Origin: an uncultured Eubacteriales bacterium | GTDB lineage: Bacteria; Bacillota; Clostridia; Lachnospirales; Lachnospiraceae | DNA: 64,000 nucleotides | Reading direction: 5' to 3' | Assembly (NCBI GenBank): GCA_963528005.1 | Contig: CAURSM010000023.1 | Coordinates: forward strand, 11,211 to 75,210 | Shown: piece by piece, positions 28,031 through 36,192 of the stretch | Numbering within the stretch: position 1 is the stretch's first letter | Layout: the number at the start of each line of letters is the position of its first letter | Notes under the pieces: generated by a model | Seen by the model: the letters and a program-made list of their open reading frames with translations, nothing else | What the model was told of the DNA's origin: nothing | The model's database searches: none | Made by a program: the position numbers and the translations under genes

Positions 28031-28234
28031 TTACTTATAAACTTCTATGGCACCATCGGGACAAATTTTTCCGCAAATGCAACAACCAATACAAGCTTCC
28101 ATATTTGACGGAATCACATATTCATAACCCTTTGAATTCACTTTTGTTCCAACTGTCAAAACGCTTTTGGGGCAGAACTTTATGCAGTAACCACAACCTT
28201 TGCAGCGTTCCGCAACCACTTTTATTTCAGCCAT
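28031..28234 (-). CDS. 2-oxoacid:ferredoxin oxidoreductase delta subunit (2x[4Fe-4S] ferredoxin)
   Basis: CKGCGYCIKFCP and CIGCCICGKICP. I prefer the internal ATG at 28234 (MAEIKVV); the track start at 28276 would overlap the upstream gene. Confidence 0.75.
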   Translation of the reverse strand: MAEIKVVAERCKGCGYCIKFCPKSVLTVGTKVNSKGYEYVIPSNMEACIGCCICGKICPDGAIEVYK

Positions 28235-28253
28235 ATCCTTCATTTCCTCCTTC

Positions 28254-28961
28254 TTATACAGACTCCATAGATACAACCCAGGGATAGGTAAGATAAAGAT
28301 GCAAGGGCATTACAGGAATATTTAGCTTATACTTCACCTTATCAAAAAGTTCTTCTCTCACACAGACAAAATCCAGTTCCTTATAAGTCATGATTAGTTC
28401 TGTAAGTTTTTTATTCCCCTCCAGAACTTCTATTTCATTGGTATGACACCCTATATTAGGATTACTAATTAAGTGAAGCTTACCGATATCTATATGTGAT
28501 ACGCTCAAGATTTCACTTAGCACTTTATCAATGCGTTCCAGATCATAAGACCATGGCCGATAAGGATTGATTACGTAATAAACCATAGTATCGCCTCGGT
28601 TAATCAAGGGCGCAAAACCACCTATGGATCTGGCCCCAATATAATCTCCACCTACATCCATAACAACATAAGTTTCCTCATCCTTTAGGAATCTACTTAC
28701 GCCGCCTACCAGAGTTGGCGCATCCATAAACTGTTCTTCATAATGAAAATCAATTCCCAACTCTGTAAAGCTCCGGCTAAGATCCCTGGAACGGAACAAC
28801 GGTTTTGTCATGTCCATATCAAAGAAATGTACCTTCTTATTTCCTGAATCCACAAGCTGCTTTGCAATATTAACTGCGATTTCACTTTTCCCGCAGCCTG
28901 CTTCACCAATAAATAAGAAATTATTATATTTCTCATCTATTATTGGAACTTCCTTGTTCAT
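28254..28961 (-). CDS. P-loop NTPase of unknown function (SIMIBI/MinD-Mrp-like)
   Basis: Walker A GEAGCGKSE and Walker-B-like VVMDVGGD. It is the first gene of the long minus-strand unit. Confidence 0.55.
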   Translation of the reverse strand: MNKEVPIIDEKYNNFLFIGEAGCGKSEIAVNIAKQLVDSGNKKVHFFDMDMTKPLFRSRDLSRSFTELGIDFHYEEQFMDAPTLVGGVSRFLKDEETYVVMDVGGDYIGARSIGGFAPLINRGDTMVYYVINPYRPWSYDLERIDKVLSEILSVSHIDIGKLHLISNPNIGCHTNEIEVLEGNKKLTELIMTYKELDFVCVREELFDKVKYKLNIPVMPLHLYLTYPWVVSMESV

Positions 28962-29221
28962 CTTATCTCTCCCTTCCGATAAAAGTTACCTATTTAATCT
29001 CTTATCTATCCCCTATCATAATGATTTATTTTATTGAAATCCAATACTTTATTTGGTGATTCTCATAAGTTAAACTTATTTATTTAGTAATACATTCACA
29101 TTACACAATATATTTTTGTGCACTTTGTACAAATGTTTTAAAAAATAGTTTTCAAATCTTTTTTTGTGGTTTATAATAATTTTTAGTTATATATATCGTA
29201 TCGTTTATAGGGAGTACTTTT

Positions 29222-30118
29222 ATGAATTTAAGACAATTAGAATATTTTGTTTCCGTAGCAGAAACATTAAGTTTTACAAAGACAGCAGAAAAGTTTTTTA
29301 TTTCTCAGACGGCTGTCACGCAGCAAATCAAAGCATTAGAAGAACAGATAGAAGTGAAACTATTAAGACGAACCAAGCGGCATGTGGAGCTGACTCCGGC
29401 AGGAAGTATATTCTTAACCGAATCGAAAGCCATACTTAGCCGGACTGAAAATGCAATTCAAAAAACAAAAAAAGCCGCAACCGGCTTTACTGGAAATATA
29501 AATCTCGGTATTATAGAAGGGTATGATAACCCCGATCTTCCTGGCATTCTCCGTTCCTTTCGTACCGGATATCCCAACATTTCCATTTCCATTCAGGAAG
29601 GGGGAGCAGGTCCTTTATATTTGCAGCTATTGAACCAGACTCTTGATGTGGTTATCAATGCCCGCTTTTCCTATAGCAAGCTGGAAGATAAAAAGATTTC
29701 CTATAAGATAATGAAAAAGTACAAATTAATTGTTATGCTTCCTACCACGCATCCTCTGGCTTACCGAAGTATTTTGAATCTTTACGACTTAAAAAATGAT
29801 TCTTTTATTTTCACTTCCTTTGGTGATGCGGAAGACAGCTTTGGTCATTTTGAGAGCACCATAGCTCATTTTATACGGTCTGGCTTTACCCCTCATATCG
29901 TGCAACATTCCGTAAATTTTAACACAACCGCACTTATGGTGGCCGCTAATATGGGGGTGGCGGTATTGCCCTCTTATGCTCTTTCTTCCAGTAGAAACAT
30001 TGAAAATCTGGTAACAATTCCTCTTGATGAGGAAGCTGATAAGTTTGAAATTGTGGCCGCCCGTTTTAACGAAAACATGAACCCTACAATTGATAAATTC
30101 TTGTCCTATATAAAATAA
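29222..30118 (+). CDS. LysR family transcriptional regulator
   Basis: The N-terminal HTH is MNLRQLEYFVSVAETLSFTKTAEKFFISQTAVTQQIKALE. It is divergent from the 12-gene unit across a 260-bp AT-rich region. Confidence 0.9.
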   Translation: MNLRQLEYFVSVAETLSFTKTAEKFFISQTAVTQQIKALEEQIEVKLLRRTKRHVELTPAGSIFLTESKAILSRTENAIQKTKKAATGFTGNINLGIIEGYDNPDLPGILRSFRTGYPNISISIQEGGAGPLYLQLLNQTLDVVINARFSYSKLEDKKISYKIMKKYKLIVMLPTTHPLAYRSILNLYDLKNDSFIFTSFGDAEDSFGHFESTIAHFIRSGFTPHIVQHSVNFNTTALMVAANMGVAVLPSYALSSSRNIENLVTIPLDEEADKFEIVAARFNENMNPTIDKFLSYIK

Positions 30119-30143
30119 AAAGAATATTCAGTTCTTATATCAT

Positions 30144-30196
30144 AGCCCAACAAAAAGACCGCAAGCATTTAATGCCTGCGGCCTTTCTGTTGGGCT
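30144..30196. terminator. long hairpin between the convergent LysR and AI-2E transporter genes (bidirectional terminator candidate)
   Basis: AGCCCAACAAAAAGACCGCAAGC...GCCTGCGGCCTTTCTGTTGGGCT. Confidence 0.6.
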
Positions 30197-30214
30197 GATT
30201 TACAGCGTTCAAAT

Positions 30215-31381
30215 CTATCGTTTATTCCCTTCATTTGACGAAGTTTCTATCATTGTTACTGATTTGAGATATTTTTCTCTTGCCACAATAATATCATCCG
30301 TAATCTGTTTTAGTATGTTTACGATGGGAATTGCTAATATCATCCCCCATACTCCTGCTACAGCTCCACCAATCGAGATCCCTATTACAATCAATGCAGG
30401 ACTAAGAGAAAAGGAATTTCCCATAAGTTTTGGCTGAATTACATTTCCATCTATTTGTTGAGTAATAAGTAAAACTACGGCAGTAATCAGACCGGTTCCA
30501 ATGCCATTTGTGCTGGCTACAACAATAACTGCGATAATGGAACCAAAAATAGAACCAAAGTAAGGAATAATGTTAAGAAATGCAAGCATCACACCTAAAG
30601 CCACAGCGTGCCTCGATCCCAGAACAGAAAATTCAATGGTCGTTATAATACCAAGGATACAAGAATCCAATAGCTGGCAGGCAATAAATTTCTTAAAGCT
30701 CTCACTTATAATATTGCCATACCTATAAATGACACCTCTTGTCTTTTGGGAAAGAAATAGCTCTGAAACATGATTGACATAATTTTTGAAATTATGTGTT
30801 TCAACCAATAAATATATGGAAGTAATAATAGCAATGATCCCATTAAAAATGACCGAGGTGAAACCAAACACAACATTAAGAGAGGATAAAATATTCGTCA
30901 GTCCTATGCTTTCCAAGAGTACTTTTAAGCTGATTTTATTCATCAATGTTTCTAAAATAGCATCAAGCTCTTCTGTATTTGCAATTGGCAATTGTTGAAT
31001 GGCTATTACAGCATTGTTATAATACGTATTAAAATTTACGATAAAATCGGTTACATTTCTTTGTAGGGATGGAATAATTGTGTTGATTGTAATTACAATG
31101 ATCACAATCAATAAGACATACACCATAAAAATACTAATGGTTCTTGACTTTCTAACTATAATATTTGATTTGGACTTTTTAAAGTTGTGCTCCAGCGCTG
31201 AGCATGGAATATTCAGCAAAAAAGCTATGATAAAACCATAAAAGAAGGGCGTTAATATCTTAATTACAGCTTTTAACCAGATCATAACTCCTGTAAAATT
31301 CATAATCATCTTGTAAAAAATAATGATGAAAATTGCTAACAGCAACCTGGATAAAAAGCGTTTTGTTGATGTTTTATTCAT
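30215..31381 (-). CDS. AI-2E family transporter (PerM/UPF0118)
   Basis: It is polytopic and has the conserved C-terminal region (LNIIPYFGSIFGSI...QQIDGNVIQPKLMG). The start is uncertain: ATG at 31381 versus TTG at 31438. Confidence 0.75.
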   Translation of the reverse strand: MNKTSTKRFLSRLLLAIFIIIFYKMIMNFTGVMIWLKAVIKILTPFFYGFIIAFLLNIPCSALEHNFKKSKSNIIVRKSRTISIFMVYVLLIVIIVITINTIIPSLQRNVTDFIVNFNTYYNNAVIAIQQLPIANTEELDAILETLMNKISLKVLLESIGLTNILSSLNVVFGFTSVIFNGIIAIITSIYLLVETHNFKNYVNHVSELFLSQKTRGVIYRYGNIISESFKKFIACQLLDSCILGIITTIEFSVLGSRHAVALGVMLAFLNIIPYFGSIFGSIIAVIVVASTNGIGTGLITAVVLLITQQIDGNVIQPKLMGNSFSLSPALIVIGISIGGAVAGVWGMILAIPIVNILKQITDDIIVAREKYLKSVTMIETSSNEGNKR

Positions 31382-31471
31382 GAAATCTAAGATAACAAAC
31401 CTCCTGACTAATGATATACGTAATATAGATAAACTCAAAGTATCTTTATTAAAATAATGGAATCACAGATA

Positions 31472-32623
31472 TTATGGCCCAAAGAAGGTAATGAAAATAC
31501 CTGCAATCAACGCCGAACCAATGGTACTGGAAACGATGGGTCCCATGGCATGCATTAAGAGATGATTGTGGGGATTGTATTCCTGGCCAAGCTTCTGAGA
31601 CACACGGGCTGCCATTGGCATGGCAGATACTCCGGAATTTCCAATCAGCGGGTTAACCTTACCACCTGTCATTTTACAAAGCAGCTTTGCAATTAACACG
31701 CCACCTACGGTACCAAAGGAAAATGCAAATAATCCAAGGCATATAATTAAGAATGTCTGTGGATTTAAGATTCTGTCCGCCGTGGCTGTGGCACCAACAG
31801 AAATGCCAATCAGCAGCGTCAAAACATTCAATAAATCATTTTGCAGCGTCCTCACATAACGTTCCGTCACACCGCTTTCCCTAATAATATTACCAAGCAT
31901 CAGCATTGCAATCAATGTTCCTGCTGCGGGTACAATTAATAAAGTCGCAAAGGTAACACCAAAGGAAAAAATTAATTTCTGACGGCGTGTGACTCTTTTG
32001 GATTCCGGCATTACGATCATACGCTCTTTCTCTGTGGTGAGAAGACGCATGATCGGGGGTTGAATCAGTGGTACCAATGCCATATAGGAATATGCCGCAA
32101 TGGTAATGACAGGCAAAAGCTTAGGGGCCAGTATCTCAGCCGTATAAATGGAAGTTGGTCCATCTGAGCTTCCGATAATACCAATGGCTGCTGCCTCCTG
32201 CAAACTAAATCCATCAAATCCAGGAACTACATTTGCTAAAAGATTTCCTATAAGCAAAGCACCTCCTAGTGCTGCAAAAATACCAAGCTGTCCTCCTAAC
32301 CCAATTAAAACACTGCGGGGTGATGATATTAAAGGCGTAAAATCTGTCATGGCCCCTATGCATAAAAAGATCAGAGGTGGATAGATCCCAAGAGAAATCC
32401 CCTGGTATAAATAATAAAGCAGTCCCCCAGGCTCATAGGCTGAAAGTCCTGATAAGGGAATGTTTGCAATAGCCATACCAAATGCCAGAGGAAGCAGCAA
32501 TAATGGTTCGTATTTCTTCTCAATTGCCAGATATGCTAAGAGTAATGAAAGTAATACCATAACAAGCTGAGGTACGGTAAGATGCATAAAACTAAGACTA
32601 GAAAGAAATTTACTTAAGAACAT
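31472..32623 (-). CDS. sodium ion-translocating decarboxylase beta subunit (OadB/GcdB/MmdB family)
   Basis: YLAIEKKYEPLLLLPLAFG, IIGSSDGPTSIY and GVSAMPMAARV are family hallmarks. No alpha, gamma or biotin-carrier genes are in the window. Confidence 0.85.
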   Translation of the reverse strand: MFLSKFLSSLSFMHLTVPQLVMVLLSLLLAYLAIEKKYEPLLLLPLAFGMAIANIPLSGLSAYEPGGLLYYLYQGISLGIYPPLIFLCIGAMTDFTPLISSPRSVLIGLGGQLGIFAALGGALLIGNLLANVVPGFDGFSLQEAAAIGIIGSSDGPTSIYTAEILAPKLLPVITIAAYSYMALVPLIQPPIMRLLTTEKERMIVMPESKRVTRRQKLIFSFGVTFATLLIVPAAGTLIAMLMLGNIIRESGVTERYVRTLQNDLLNVLTLLIGISVGATATADRILNPQTFLIICLGLFAFSFGTVGGVLIAKLLCKMTGGKVNPLIGNSGVSAMPMAARVSQKLGQEYNPHNHLLMHAMGPIVSSTIGSALIAGIFITFFGP

Positions 32624-32644
32624 TAATATAATCAACTCCTACTT

Positions 32645-33286
32645 TTAGATATTTGTGTAACCTTCACTGTTTATCACTGCCTCTAACTTATATCCCTCCT
32701 TGCACATGGTGCATTCATCTGGATTGCATACCTGATATCCAGGTATGTCTTCGCTTGTAAACATGGAATGGATCTCTTGTTCTGTTTCTGTAGGAAATGC
32801 GTTAAACAAAGCAGAAATCCCAACCAATACGCCTCCATAATAAGCAATACATTCTTGGGCACGGCGAATCGTTGTTCCGCTGGAAATGGATGCAACCAAC
32901 AAGACGATCTCCTTGTCTTTTATATATTGCTGCCGATTGCATTGAAAAATCAACTTGCCATTTACACTGCTAAGTGGTTTTAAAACCCGAATCTCTTTTC
33001 CACTGTTTATTACGTTGACACCTTCCTGCAAAAGCTCTTCTGCCATATAAGCTCCAATTACTTCTGTACCTTCCATGCAAACAATGGTATCCACTGATAC
33101 ATTGGCCAGATATGGTATGGACAACTCCCTTGCAACGTCCTTTGCTGCAATTGCATTGGTCTTTAGTTCATTGACATCAAGATAATGACTGATATGAAAG
33201 TGACTGGTTGCAAAATGTCCCTGCATTACCTTCATGGATATGAGGGGATTTTTTGTTAACGATACGGTATAAGCCCTGTCTTCCAT
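32645..33286 (-). CDS. phosphoribosyltransferase-fold protein with a degenerate PRPP-binding loop
   Basis: The PRT-type loop reads EIVLLVASISSGTT, so the usual acidic pair is replaced by Ala-Ser. There is a C-terminal CNPDECTMC. Its stop lies 21 nt upstream of the OadB-like start (ATG at 32623). Confidence 0.55.
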   Translation of the reverse strand: MEDRAYTVSLTKNPLISMKVMQGHFATSHFHISHYLDVNELKTNAIAAKDVARELSIPYLANVSVDTIVCMEGTEVIGAYMAEELLQEGVNVINSGKEIRVLKPLSSVNGKLIFQCNRQQYIKDKEIVLLVASISSGTTIRRAQECIAYYGGVLVGISALFNAFPTETEQEIHSMFTSEDIPGYQVCNPDECTMCKEGYKLEAVINSEGYTNI

Positions 33287-33547
33287 TTTTTCTCCTTTAC
33301 CTATGAATTTGGTATCAATACAAAAAACATTGAAACCTTGTACTCAAAAAAATGCATCCACTTTAATAGTAACATATAATGACAGATAAGAGCAAGGCTT
33401 CTCCCCGATAAGTACTACAAAATCAAGGTTTCTAGCAAATACTGTGTATATAAACAATAGTAATGACAGTTATATTGGTTGTTTTGGTTATTATTTTTTA
33501 CGAATTGTACTAAATTTAAAATTATGTATAAAAATACAACTTATTGA

Positions 33548-33576
33548 TTGATAAATTCACTTTAGTGTGGTATAGT
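33548..33576 (+). promoter_or_regulatory. near-consensus sigma-A promoter with no downstream plus-strand CDS
   Basis: TTGATA (33548-33553), a 17-nt spacer, then TATAGT (33571-33576) preceded by TGG (extended -10 type). Confidence 0.55.
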
Positions 33577-33582
33577 GTTAAC

Positions 33583-33655
33583 GAATGTTTAGCCACATTC
33601 GTACAATGCTTAACAGAGCCATACTGATTCAGTTGGCTCTGTTCTTTGTTTTTAT
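33583..33655 (+). ncRNA. candidate ~70-nt small RNA (5' hairpin plus intrinsic terminator)
   Basis: Hairpin 1 is ACGAATGT-TTAGCC-ACATTCGT. The terminator stem is AACAGAGCCA...TGGCTCTGTT (33612-33643), followed by CTTTGTTTTT. It is bounded by the promoter above and the convergent TetR stop at 33660. Confidence 0.4.
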
Positions 33656-33659
33656 AGGA

Positions 33660-34244
33660 TTAATTTTTGCATTTTAATAGCAGTATGAAATTATCGGCTA
33701 GATGATTTAATTTTTCCTTATTCACAGAAGTTCTGGCATATACCCGGACACCGAGTAATGTACCATGTAATATATCTGCCAATGCATCCGCGCTGAGGCT
33801 GCTGGTGAATTCACCGGATTTTTGACCTTTTAAAACCAGTTTCTTGATCAGTCCCTCAGTTTGTCTAAATACTGCTTCTGTTTTTTCCTCAACCTCTTGA
33901 TCCCGCAAGGCAAGTTCAGTGGCTGCATTCACAATAAAGCACCCCCAGGGACATTCCTTACTTCCATGGATCATGATGTCAAAGATAGCCTTTACGCCTT
34001 CGCTAGCTGTCTTAGTATCTGCTAATACACGGTTCAACCTCTGTGAAGTATTCTCACGATAGTGATCTATGGCCTTAAGATATAACGAATGTTTATCTCC
34101 AAAAGTATCATATAAGCTCTTACGATGAATTCCCATATGCTCTACCAAATCGCTCATTGATGTCTTTTCATATCCCTGCTCCCAAAACAACTCCATGGCT
34201 TTTTGAAGAACGGCCTCTTCATCAAACTCCTTGGTTCGCCCCAT
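33660..34244 (-). CDS. TetR/AcrR family transcriptional regulator
   Basis: The HTH is KTSMSDLVEHMGIHRKSLYDTFGDKHSLY. Confidence 0.85.
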   Translation of the reverse strand: MGRTKEFDEEAVLQKAMELFWEQGYEKTSMSDLVEHMGIHRKSLYDTFGDKHSLYLKAIDHYRENTSQRLNRVLADTKTASEGVKAIFDIMIHGSKECPWGCFIVNAATELALRDQEVEEKTEAVFRQTEGLIKKLVLKGQKSGEFTSSLSADALADILHGTLLGVRVYARTSVNKEKLNHLADNFILLLKCKN

Positions 34245-34294
34245 TGTCTCACCTCCGATCTTATCTTTAAATCATTCATAGAAGGCATCAATAT

Positions 34295-35101
34295 TTATTC
34301 ATTATAAAATGCAGCGGATAATGGCTCTCTCTCTGTAAATCGTTTGAAGCTATGCTTTGGATATCCTACCATAACACAAGCAGTAATAATCTTTTCGTCT
34401 GAAATGTTTAATAACTTATGTATCGGAGAATCTTCGCTGCGGGCACATATTTCTAATATTCCAGCCCAACATGATCCCAAACCAAGAGATGGAGCAAATA
34501 ATTCAAGATATGTCAGTGAAAAAATTGAGTTTTCTCTGGCATTTCTAAAATCCTTATTTGCTAGTGATAAGACAATGCTTGGAGCATCTCTTAAAATTCT
34601 ATCCGCATTATTTTCTCTATATTCCTTTATCAAACCACCTAATAATTTATGAAAAACTGGATGATTTTCAAACCAAATTACACATTCCTCTACCATTGCC
34701 TCAATTGTTTTTTTATCATCTATAATCAGATAAGAAATCCCTTGTGTATTGCTTCCAGTTGGCGCTAAATTAGCAACCTCTACAAGCTGTAGCAGCTTTT
34801 CTCTTTCTACCGCTTTGGCCTTATAAGAACGAATGGAACGACGGGAACGCATAAAATTCTTCGCTTGTTTTGCATCTAACTTAGGCAGATCTCCAATCTC
34901 ATGCTGCATTGCAAGGGGCGACTTTTCATTGTCTATGGCTTCCTTTGGGCAGACTGCCACACAATGACCACAGGCAATACATGAATTCCCGTTGATCTCG
35001 ATTGGACCAGTTGATTCTAATTTTAATACTCGTGTTGGACACTCTTCCACGCATAACCCGCATTTAATACAACTTTCTTGATCCACTGTGATTAAACTCA
35101 T
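34295..35101 (-). CDS. nitroreductase family protein with an N-terminal 2x[4Fe-4S] ferredoxin domain
   Basis: CIKCGLCVEECP and CIACGHCVAVCP, followed by the nitroreductase motif RRSIRSY. The ATG at 35101 has AAGGAGAG upstream. Confidence 0.8.
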   Translation of the reverse strand: MSLITVDQESCIKCGLCVEECPTRVLKLESTGPIEINGNSCIACGHCVAVCPKEAIDNEKSPLAMQHEIGDLPKLDAKQAKNFMRSRRSIRSYKAKAVEREKLLQLVEVANLAPTGSNTQGISYLIIDDKKTIEAMVEECVIWFENHPVFHKLLGGLIKEYRENNADRILRDAPSIVLSLANKDFRNARENSIFSLTYLELFAPSLGLGSCWAGILEICARSEDSPIHKLLNISDEKIITACVMVGYPKHSFKRFTEREPLSAAFYNE

Positions 35102-35223
35102 TTTGATTCTCTCCTTGTTTTGACCTCTTTGATTCCAAATTGCCGACACTGATTCACTGGCTATAAATTGTAGAATGATCATTCTTTAATTTATAGCCAG
35201 TATATCTATTTTAGAACGAATAG

Positions 35224-36171
35224 TCAAGTATTTTTTAAATCCTCATCCACCGTTTCACTTACTTTGGTATATTTACGCTTCTTCCCACAATACTCTTCAA
35301 TGGGAATCGGCCCCCTGACTACGGTACGAAGAATTTGAAGACCACCATTTTCATCGGCTGCGATTCTCCAGTCAACCATTAAGATTTCACCATTTAAAAT
35401 CTCAATTCCTGATATTCCTCGAGTACGGGTACAGCATCCGGTATTAAAATATGGCAGGTCATCTGCCTTTGGAAATTTGGGTCTGTGGGTATGTCCACAA
35501 ATTAGCATGACTTTACGTCTTCTAATCCATTCATCGTAGATTCTTTCCACCTTGTGCCTTTTAAATAGATTGCGGGCTGGGCTTGTAGGGTTATCAAACC
35601 CCACCAGATGAAGATATCTCCAAAAATAGCGAAGTAATAACATGGATAAAAACCAGAGCTGGTCATTAATAATATCACCCTGGTGCCCATGAAGAACAAA
35701 AATCTTTTGCCCGCTGTTTTTATATTCAAGAACCAAAGCCTCCTTTGGTTTTAGCCCCCGAAACAAATCCACCTTCTTTTGATTATACTCATCATAATAT
35801 TCAAAATAATTTGTTTTTACAAAATGTTTGGATTTTAAATATATATTATGATTTCCATATAACATGATGAAGCGGCCGGCATCATAAAACTTCTTTATTA
35901 CAGTAAAAACATCCGTATGAGCAAGGCGAATGACACTGAAATTCTTATATTCCCATAACTCATCTCCATCTCCTACTTCTATATAAGTATAATCTTCTTT
36001 ATAGTAATAGTTTAATGCATGCAAAAAGATGTTCTGGTTTCTAATAAACTCGTCCGATACACTGTCATCTCCTCGATGACAATCACTAAAAAATATATAT
36101 TTGGAATTTTTATCAAATGATATTCTCGTTGCATTTTTATATGCCTTGGTCAGTCTTTTATTGGCTCTCAT
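35224..36171 (-). CDS. metallophosphoesterase (calcineurin-like)
   Basis: Motifs SDCHRGD, GDGDELWE, GNHN, HGHQGD and GHTH. Confidence 0.8.
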   Translation of the reverse strand: MRANKRLTKAYKNATRISFDKNSKYIFFSDCHRGDDSVSDEFIRNQNIFLHALNYYYKEDYTYIEVGDGDELWEYKNFSVIRLAHTDVFTVIKKFYDAGRFIMLYGNHNIYLKSKHFVKTNYFEYYDEYNQKKVDLFRGLKPKEALVLEYKNSGQKIFVLHGHQGDIINDQLWFLSMLLLRYFWRYLHLVGFDNPTSPARNLFKRHKVERIYDEWIRRRKVMLICGHTHRPKFPKADDLPYFNTGCCTRTRGISGIEILNGEILMVDWRIAADENGGLQILRTVVRGPIPIEEYCGKKRKYTKVSETVDEDLKNT

Positions 36172-36192
36172 ATTTGCTCCAGTGTCCTTTTT

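Noticed and set aside
28031-28276. Extended 81-aa version of the OFOR delta subunit.
   Set aside because: The N-terminal 14 codons overlap the P-loop gene's 3' end and add a non-conserved MYLWSLYKKEEMKD leader. An internal Met gives the canonical ~67-aa ferredoxin-like delta subunit.
33332-33432. Long-range 9-nt complementarity (GAAACCTTG / CAAGGTTTC) in the 373-bp leader of the PRT-like/OadB pair, considered as a possible riboswitch or attenuator.
   Set aside because: I could not match it to any riboswitch consensus I know (purine, PRPP, ZTP, T-box and others). There is no adjacent terminator/antiterminator pair. A single 9-mer pairing in an AT-rich region could arise by chance.
33585-33677. 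30-codon hydrophobic micro-ORF that could suggest a type I toxin-like peptide.
   Set aside because: It has no SD, so it would have to be leaderless. The strong intrinsic terminator lies inside the frame before its stop codon. The hydrophobic tail is encoded by the terminator's U-tract. It is kept only as an alternative under the small-RNA finding.
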